Origin: Lingula anatina
Lineage: Eukaryota > Animalia > Brachiopoda
DNA: 64,000 nt
Direction: 5' to 3'
Assembly (NCBI GenBank): GCA_051362555.1
Contig: CM120640.1
Location: forward strand, 17,050,001-17,114,000
Part shown: positions 37,801 to 48,300 of the stretch, piece after piece
Layout of the letters: the number at the start of each line of letters is the position of its first letter
Numbering within the stretch: the first letter of the stretch is position 1
The notes under the pieces: model-generated
The model's database searches: none
What the model was told of the DNA's origin: nothing
Seen by the model: only the letters and a program-made list of their open reading frames with translations
Made by a program: the position numbers and the translations under genes

Positions 37801-40800
37801 TGCAAATATGAAGGATATTGAAGAAGGCCTAAAAATCTCTAAGAAGGTTCAGAAGAAAATACCACGCCCTAGACCCACAAATATCTTCTCCAAACCCAGG
37901 GTATTTCCTACAAGGGCAACAGCTCGCTATGACAACAAAAAAGCTGGTTCTTTTTTAGGAGGGAAGAACCAGAGAAGTCAACAGAACAACAGGAAAGACT
38001 GGACAGGGAAAAGGTTCCAGAAGAAAGAGTATTAGGAAATACTCATGTAAGTCAACCTTTTGTTGCTGGTAATATAAAACAGTCTCTTCTTGAATGGCAG
38101 AAGTTGACTTCAGATCCAGTGATACTCTCTTATGCTGTAGGGGTCAAGTTAGACTTTACAGAACAACCTGTACAAGATTTTGAGCCTAACAGCTTAAACT
38201 TTAGTTCAGCAGAACAACTTATTGTGGATTCAGAAATTATAAAATTGCTTGACAAAGGTGTCATCATATCCTCTAATGAGGAACCAGGACAGTTTGTTTC
38301 TCCCATTTTTCTCAGGCCAAAAAAGGATGGCACCCATAGGATGATTCTTAACTTGAGAAAATTGAACTCTTGTATAAAATACCATCATTTTAAAATGGAC
38401 ACGGTGCAAACTTGTCTAAATCTTATGACTCCAAATTGTTACTTAGCTTCACTGGATCTGAAGCATGCTTACTACTCTGTCCCTGTAGCTCCAGAATTTC
38501 AGAAATACCTTAGATATAGATGGAAAGGCAGTCTTTTTTCATATGTTGCACTTCCAAATAGGCTAGCCTCTGCACCCAGAATCTGGACTAAGCTTCTTAA
38601 ACCAGTTTTGGCACAATTAAGGTCAAAAGCATACATTTCCAGCATTTACTTGGATGACCTATATTTACAAGGTGAAACTAAGGAAGCTTGTGAGGAGAAT
38701 GTTAGAGAAACTGTGCAATTACTATCGAAATTGGGTTTTGTTATTCATGAACAAAAGTCCACACTAGTTCCTGTTCAAATTATGGACCACTTGGGCTTTA
38801 CCTTGAACTCTAGGTCAATGACAGTTATGCTCACTTCAGAGAAAAGGGCTAACATTGTTTCAAAATTAATGGACAGAATGAAAAAGCCTAAATGCACAAT
38901 TAGGCAAGGTGCACAGTTGAAAGGTTCCCTAGTTTCAGCTTTACCTGGGGTACAATATGGGGAACTACACTACAGGTCCCTGGAAATGGATAAAATTCTA
39001 GCCCTTAAGAAAAACAGGGGTAATTTTGATGCACATATGATTTTTAGTAACAAGGCAATCACAGACATAGTATGGTGGATAGATAACATCAACTTGGCAA
39101 AAAATCTAAGACTCCCCAATCCTGACTGTATTATTCAGACAGATGCATCAAAAATGGGATGGGGTGCAGTGTTACAAGAGTCCACAACAGGGGGTAGATG
39201 GCAGAAATGTGAAATGACTAAACATATCAATTTTTGGAACTTAGGGCAGCCCAGCTTGGGTTACGGTCTTTTCAAAAGGACATTTGTGGAAAACATGTAC
39301 AGTTACAGATGGATAATACTACTGCTGTTGCATACATAAGAAATATGGGAGGCACCCATTCTAGTGAATGTAATGAGATCACCCTTTCTATCTGGGAGGT
39401 GCACCCACTGTCAGACAAGATGAGGCTGATGGCATGTTTGTTATCGGGAAAAGCTTACAAGAAAAGGATATTTCAGGCAAAACTCAAGACATTATTATGC
39501 AATCTTGGCGGACTGGCACACGAAAACAGTACAACACCTACATCAAAAAATGGATTAATTACTGCACTAAACTCAATTATGATCCCTTTCAGCCAAGTGT
39601 GCCACAAATATTAGGATTTCTCACTGAACTGTTTGAAGCTGGTCTTAATTACAGTGCCATTTGCACTGCAAGATCTGCTTTATCAGCTTTTGTGCAACTG
39701 AAAGATTCCTCAACACTTGGATCTAACCAGCTCATCAAGCGTTTCAACAAAGGTGTATTTCACAGCAGACCTTCTTTTCCCAGATACCAAACCACATGGG
39801 ATACAAATATTGTATTAGCATACCTAGAGAAATTATCACCAGTTTCAGAACTTTCAGACAAAGATCTAACACTCAAACTAGTTATGCTGGTGGCACTGAT
39901 ATCAGGACAAAGATGTCAATCAATTCATCTCATGAACCTTAAAACAGTGTTAAAAACTGACACAGGAGTGGCTTTTTTAATTGACGCATTAGTTAAACAG
40001 TCTAGGCCAACAAAAGATCAGCCAATCATAAACTTACCTGGTTTCCCAGAGAACAGCAGACTCTGTGTGTTGAATGTGTTACATGAATATTTAATTAGAA
40101 CTAGCAAATATAGAAGTAGTGGTGTTTCACAACTTTTTCTTAGTTACAACAGACCTTTTAATCCTGTAAAAAAGGATACGATTGCTAGATGGATAAAAAC
40201 AGTCATGTTAAAGGCTGGAGTGGATACAAGTGTGTTTAAAGCACATAGCACACGTGCAGCTTCTACTAGTAAAGCTTTTGCTGCCAATATTCCACTCAGT
40301 ACCATTTTACGTACAGCTGGTTGGGGTAACAACAATACCTTTTCTAGGTTTTATAACAAACCAACAGTATCACAGAATACTAGTTTTGCTTTTTCAGTGC
40401 TTGATTCATGAGAATATTGTTTGAGTTGCATTAAAAAAAACTTGTTTCAACAGTTCTTTGTTCGTGTTAACGACAGCTTTGAATTCTCGTAGAATCCCGA
40501 ATGACAAGATGAGAGTTAAATTTAAAGATTAAACGAGACTTACCTGTAAGTTGAAGTTTGATTGGAATTTAACTCTCATCTGGATCATTTGAGGGATTAT
40601 ACGCCCACCCTTATTTTCAGTTAACACCCACCCTTCTTCCTTTGTTGCCGTGAACACTCAACTTTAAAGATTGAGTACCACGCAGGCGCACGCATATCTC
40701 GTATAATCCCTCAAAGCTGCCGATATTGTTGCTATTATCTAATCACGTTATTTAGATTTTACAAACATATAATGTACGTTAACATAATTATTTCACAAAA

Positions 40801-42268
40801 TTCCAGGAAACTTTCTCCTTCTAAAAATCTACTACAAATTTCCGACGATTCTTTGTGTTTATATTATGACGATATGTATTTTTCAATTCCATGATCAAGC
40901 GACTTCAAACCAGATGGTTAATACATGTACAAAGAGAGAATGCAATACTTACTCCCTTCCCGTGTTAACTTATACACCTTAAGCATTGGCCCTTCCAGAT
41001 TCAGATTGTTCACCGCTGATATGTTGATTGTATAATTACTGTAGGGAATAAGATTCTCTAAGATAAGCTCTTTTGATACGGGTACATCTGTGATTTCTAT
41101 GGTGTTACTATCCCCATACTCCCCTTCGTAACTCAGCTTCAATTTCGAAAATGCATCGCACCTGTGAACTGCTTCAGTCATTCCCTGCAAAACAATACAA
41201 CAAACACGTTTATCTTTGTTATTGGAAGAAGTATTAAAGCTTTAAGTATTTCTGTTTTAAAATACAGTGTAACTGGTTTTGCTTTTGTCACATTTGCGAT
41301 GATAGGGATACCTCTTATCATCAGATGCTAAATAATGTTAGAAAAATGAATTTTGGTTTTTTTTTAATACAAGTCTTATTCTTTACTCCTTCATTTATAT
41401 TATAACTTTTGAACTACAGAAATACCCCCATTCCATCCTTCTCCCTCCCCAAAACGGCATTACAATTAATTAGATATTGGAACTTAACAAAACTAGGTAA
41501 TTCTTCCTTCCCCGCGTCCTATATACTGGGGTATGACATTAAATTAACTCTCCTCCTCTCTTCTTCTCTTCTCTTTTCTTCGGGTGCTTGCACATAATGG
41601 TTGATTTTACAAACATATAAATATATCCTCCACACACCTGTGTTGTTAACTTTATCTGAGCAGTGGTCTTCTGGCCTGTTACAGCAGAAGCAACAGTGGG
41701 CAGCGGAACTAATTCTGGAACTACACAAAAAGAGGGTGTACTTCCCTGGATATTTATTATTCAACTTTTTATTTTATTCAGGCCTACATCACAAATTAAT
41801 TCATTTAAGTTATATTTTATAACTTAGCTTCACATAACGATGTCCACAATGACAGAAAAATAATTGTATAATTTTCAGTAAAAATAATTATTAGCACCGC
41901 CTACACTTTTCTTCTTTTTTACCTCCACAAGTTCGCTTTGTAACACTTGGGCTCTTCTGTCCATTATTTCCTTCCTCATCCACTACAATCACAGTGAAAT
42001 TATATTCAGTGTATTCGGCAAGGCGGCTGATGGTCAGCGACGTTGTGGACGCAGACGTGGTCTTGTTGCTGCTGGTGATATGACCGTCTTTCCACGCACT
42101 GACGTTATAACTGCTCACACCCCCTACTCCGGGGTACCTGTCCGGGGACCAGCTGTCCCAGGTTAGGGCGACAGCATTTTCTGTTCTCGAGGACACCTTG
42201 GGCGCACGTGTAAGGTGCGGTCTTTCTGTTTTTAAATTTTAAAAAATTCAAAGAATGTTTGAATATTC

Positions 42269-42322
<54 letters not shown>

Positions 42323-45300
42323 CGAAGATAAGGTGGTCGTTTCCAAACAATAGCACTGCACACGTTTGAGATACCGGTTTGATGAAATGTACACAGTACT
42401 GGTAGGCCTATATCCCAGATACCTTGAAAAACTGCAAAGAAAAACAGTCACACGTTGCCGGCCTCTAAAGGATCCATTATATATGTATCATGAAGGATCG
42501 CAGCCTGATGGGACTTAATTTCAGGTGTCAGGAGCTTATTTTCTATTGAGTTTCCCCGTTATCACAAAATTGAATATTATTTTGAAGTATCATGATATGC
42601 CCTTTATCGATTCTTATATACATGTAGCTCTGGCGGGGGATGCAAGCACAGGCAGTTTTATTGATATGCATTTCAAAGTACTTTTTACCTTGATGACATC
42701 CATAGCCTTTCCAGTAGTTTTGACACCCAGAAGGGCAAGTAAAACCAGTTGGTGTACTACAGATGAAATTTGCGGCGCAGTGGCATGAAAAGTTGCATGT
42801 TGGTCCAAACAGTCCCAAAGGGCACTCTTGATTTATATATTGAAAAAAAAAACAAGAATGTGTTATGGTCAGTGGTTAGTAAGGCACTTTTTTATTGTTA
42901 AAGCAGCTGCAGTGAATTATTAATTAAATTAAACCATGAGAAAATCTCAGTGAATTTACCACTCGTTGCACTCCGGATTGAACACATTTACTTCAGCTTT
43001 TTAAGAGACGGAAGCTGCAGAAAAATTAGTGAACAAAGCCGTAACATAAAAACTGACAACAACAATTGAAACAATGTTATTGTTTGACAGATGACTTTAC
43101 CTGTTTGACACACGTTACTTTGATTCCTCCAACCATCCGCACAACCAGACGCACAAGCACCTGTACGCCTGTCACACCCTTCTGCTATGTTCCTACAGTT
43201 ACATTCATATCTACATTCTGGACCAAACGTCTTACTATTAGCACATTCTGAAATAGTGAAAGTTTCCATGTTCTTTACATCATTTTGTTTATAGGGTGTA
43301 AACCAGCTGAAACAAAGAAACGACTTTTAAGTAATATTAACACTCTAAAAACAGTGCTAAGATTTTAAACACATCAAACACCTTTAAAGTGATACCAAGG
43401 CTTGATCACTGAAAAATCATTCTTTGTTAAGCACGACAAAAGTGTGGAAATAAAGAAACGCAGTATGTGTCACATTTGATGCATGATATCATTATGGTCA
43501 TATAGATCCGTCGGTTAATAATATAGATTTCAGTCGAAAATTTACCTTGGTGTTTGTATCCTTTCACCATCACCTCACAAAGAGTCAATTCATTTGCGGG
43601 GTTGTTATTCAGGCTGATCCTCACAAATCGTCCCACTACAGGTGCAGAATTACATGACAATTCAACGGTGCCGCCCTCAGGTAAGTGTTCCACTCGACTG
43701 GCACAATGGTTAAAGGTGTAGTTTGGTAAGACTGCGTTAATTTCAATATTCTTCAAGTCCCTACCGCCTGACAGATATAGTAAAACAATGTTTCTATCAT
43801 TACTTTACAAAAGTACTCTGGTTAAATAATTTTTAAAAGAAACTTTCGTATTCACTTTATTATCCTTTACAAATAAGCGTTTGGTAGACATAAAAAGCCA
43901 CGTATAACGATAGTCAACAAAACAATTACTTGGGCCTGCCCTGTTCACCAATGTCACGGAATAGATGGAGTACATGCTGCCAAGATCAACTTTCCACCAT
44001 GGGTAGTGTTCATTCTGTGTATGTGAGCAACCGCCAGCATTGAAATCCGTGTTTGTATTGCCATCTATAGCATATTTAGCTAGCCTATCCCCCATGTGAG
44101 TAATAAAACTAGACTGACTAGCAGTCTTTCCAAAAGCAATGTTATCTGAAATATAAACAGTTTAAAGTTTATGTCTATTTGACCTGATAATTCCATTGGT
44201 ACTTGATTTTATACCACAACACATTTACATCTCCTACATGTAATTCATTTGTCCATACAGACAGTACATGTATTGCCTCAAGACCAATCACGGTTATTGC
44301 TACAAAACCAAAACAGACAACTTAAGAAACACAACTTAGTCAATATTTCTTGAAATATTACAGAGAATATTTTTGATGATCGCGCTTACAAGTAACGGTA
44401 ATGTGGCACTTTAAAGACTAATATCTTACATGGATATGTATACCCTCGAACAATGACCTCGCACAGCTGCAAAGACGCTGTTCCTGATTTAGAGAACTTG
44501 ACATAGCGACCTAGAGCTGGAGGATCCACCGTTTGCTCGAAAGAACAAGTGTTTGCCAATTGTATGTACATGTACCCTTGTTGAGTTGTATCATTACCAA
44601 TGTACATGCTGATTGTTTGGCCTTTAAAACAAGAAAAAAATACACCCTTAAATAAGATATCCCGTGTTTAAGACAGGACTTGCAATTAACCATGATACAA
44701 TAATGATATACATTGTAAAAACAGTGTTTAGCTCCTAAACGCATTTCTAAGCGCCTGTTTTGTCTCACTTTTTCGACGCGTTTAGCTCCTAACATGCTTA
44801 GCTCCTTTACATGTTACACGCTTGTGTTAGCAGTATGACGCGTTTGACGGCTTATAAATGTAGGGTGTATTTGTTTAACTTTTAGGTGCTAAGGGTTTCA
44901 ACTGTTTTTGGTCACACACGCGCGTGCGCGCAAGCACACACACACTCACACACACACACAGACGAACTCACGGTCACCTTTATCTGCTATAGTTATCTCT
45001 TTCTATAACAGGGTACCGTGAACTGTCAACATCGTTGGCTTCCCGCTATCATATTTACGGCTGGACTTATTCATCCTTGTGTTAGCTGACCTTGCGAGGG
45101 ATTTTATTGGAATGTATTTCTGAGAAGCAGGTTAGGAAAATTCACTATTTCACTAAAGGCACGAAACAACTATCATTTTTACTTTAAAACATCTTTCTCC
45201 ATATTTTGATAAAATGCGTTACGGTATTGATATCTATTTATTTTTTTCCGGAATTAATGAACAATAGAACATTAGGATGATGGTGGGGTATTCATTATAC

Positions 45301-48300
45301 TACCTCATTTAAGCATTCATCACATGCTGGTTATTTCGATACCGATAGTCCGAATATTCTACAATTCGCACCGCTCTAGTCGCCGACTAACCCCAAGCCC
45401 ATTTTGGAATTAACCACTAACTGTAGTTCAAACAGCATAAGACGTGTTTTGGTTATTTATATAAAAAAACTGTTTTCAAAACATTATATAATGTTTTTCC
45501 AGAATGTTATAAACACGCTGATAAAACTCCACAAAATGACGCTACATGTATCATAAAATTTTGTAGAAACGGTCTTCGAATCTTTTTGCAAATTATAACG
45601 TTACTGTACATCATTTTGCATGGAGTTAAAACACCCATAACGTTACCATAATGTTCTTCTATATCATTGCCAGCATGTAACCATCTGATAACGTCGTGAA
45701 AACGTTATTTGTTATTTGGATTATTACTTAAGGGTACATATGAACCGAGCATCGGTGGAGCGTCGGTTGCCAGTTACACATATAAACCACTTCTACAAAA
45801 TTCTTAGACAACTCAAATAAAGTCGACATGCCAAGGGGCAACCTGAATAAATCACTCGATCAGCCATAAAAGAGCTTTACACGGTTCTTTAAATTTTTGG
45901 TCAGAAATTTAACCTACTTATATGACCTACTTTTCTGCCCCATGTATATACAGGATAGTAAGCTAACAGAAAAATCCATTCAAATATCATTTTTCGGGTA
46001 ATATTAATCAATGCCTTCTGGCAATTTTCTTAATTATACTTTTTGAAACTATATACTGGTATTTGGTTGGTCTTTTAGCAAAAAACTGACTTTGTATGCA
46101 TCTTTAATAGGCCTATTTTAAATAAGCACGCGTTACTGCAAGGAAGGACACCAAGCGTTCGAGCAGACTGCTCCACGCCTTCAACAGCTCCACACGTTTA
46201 CAAGGGGAAGTGTTAAGCCAAATTGTTGAGCCTGGTAATAAACGTATGGGACCGGTGAAACTAATCACATAGCTTAAAGTGCGACACTGTTAAACATTTT
46301 ATTTCTTCTGAAAGAAGCTTGAAAAGCTAAACTTGATGTTCAGCTACCCTCTGCCAGGGCGACAGATTGATTTTTCACAGATATTCACATATATGTCTTT
46401 AGATAAATAGATAGTCAATTTGGTCTGATGTCGACTCGGCAAAAATGTCCCCAAGAACTGCGGCCTTGGTAGAGGGTATTGTCCAGCAGCTCCACGCGTT
46501 TAGGAATTAAACACCTATAGCAGCTCCATATGTTAAGCAGCCTCACGCGCTTAGCAGGGGAAGTGCTTAGCCAATGTGCTTAGCTTGTGATAGACTTATT
46601 ATAGATCCATATACCGGTGAAGCTAAGCACATAGCTAAACGTGTAACACTGCCAACGTGTCTAGCATTTTCTTCTGTGAAACGCTTGAAAAGCTATACGT
46701 GCTTATCTTTTACACATATTTCTAAATGCGTATAGGTGCTTAACGTATGTTGTATGCATTTAAATGCTAAGCACTGTTTTTACAGTGTAGGATAACAGTG
46801 TTGTAATATAAAGTAGGGATCGGCCCATAAGTGGGGTCCCAGACCCCACTCCTACAAAAGGGAATAAAACCTCATACACAATATAGTGGACAACGTATTG
46901 CAAAATATCTTGATTGTATCATATATTTTAAAACACTTTTTCAAACCAGGGGAGAGGGGGGACACACTAAGGCCACACAATACATCCGTTCATAATACCC
47001 TGGATGATGTATTGATATTCTACAGTTTATACAGACTTTTTAAGGCGGTAGTTACACTATTGTACTATTTATACTAATCAATATTGAGAGCATATACTAG
47101 TAGCCCTGCCCCATCGCATCTAGATATTTCTGTCTACCACATCCGCAGTAGATATTCAATTTGTATATAGCAATGAGGATTTTTTCGCGACAAGAGGTGA
47201 CATTGTACATTTTGTTTACATTTCAAATTTAATAATGGTCATGTTTGTAAGCTAAACAGAATTTATTTTTATACTTACAGCCGCTAGGCCTGATAACTGC
47301 CACAGAGCGAATGACGAAGAGACCTCCCAGATCCACCCGCCACCACGGGTTATTTTCTTGGTTTGTTGTTGCACACACAGAGACATCAGTGCTGTTGTTT
47401 CCGTCTACCGCTAATGATGGTGGGTGACTGCCCTCAATACTTGATTGTGCTGTAGGCTTTCCAAAGGCTAGATTGTGTTTTTCTGAAGAAATCCCTTCCA
47501 ACTTTCACAACTAAGCATTTTTAATGATTATAAAACCAAAACATCTCTGACATGAACAATATTCCGATTGGATGATCTAATGATAAGAGAAAAAAGGTTA
47601 AGTAGGCCCACATGAAAAGTTTACTGTATGCTTGATGGGGACATGTATGTTAGTCCTAACTAACTTTTACTTCAGTCAAACAAGTGGTTTAATCTCAATA
47701 ATTTACTTTTTGAATTACATCCCAAGTCAAACATGAAAAAAACTGTCTTTCCTGTTGGGCTCCACTTACCGTCCACACACCCTATCCCCCAGGGGTTGTC
47801 CACACAGTGACCAGGACAGTTTGGAGACAGCGTCCTCTGACACGCTTGACCTTGCTTACAGAAACATCCAGATGTTGTGTCACATGCCCAGCCGAAGTAT
47901 CCGTCACCGTCAACACAACATTGAACCTGACGCACTTAAACAAAGTATTTAGCCATCATTTCACCAAAAAGTCCAGACGTTGTGTCACATAAACAGTCGT
48001 ATTTTAAAATTTCAACCCCTGAAGAAAATGAAATCCTCTTCCTTGTACTCAATATGACGATTTATAACAGGTACATAATTTTATATCTGACAAATAAACG
48101 ATGCATGATAAGATAAGAGATGCTGCTGTGCTGTATTATTTTTATGACATTCACTAAATAAATCGGCAACAAATTATGGACATTTAGGCCTTATGTTGTG
48201 TGTCCCGAAAGATGGAGTGAGTAAGCAAAATCTTTGCTATTCCCCAGCTAAGCAAAGTTGTACTGAACGTACTAAATCGTAGGAAGCTTTCACTCACTAT

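Larger units (their letters stand above)
36421..40715 (+). mobile_element. DIRS1-type tyrosine-recombinase retrotransposon, right end truncated
   Basis: Left ITR 36421-36482 is inverted at 40670-40715. An internal complementary region at about 40485-40603 matches both ends. Gene order is gag, RT/RNase H, YR. Confidence 0.93.

Noticed and set aside
39434-40411. Phage integrase or bacterial contamination
   Set aside because: It is the YR of a DIRS retrotransposon, flanked by RT and ITR/ICR.
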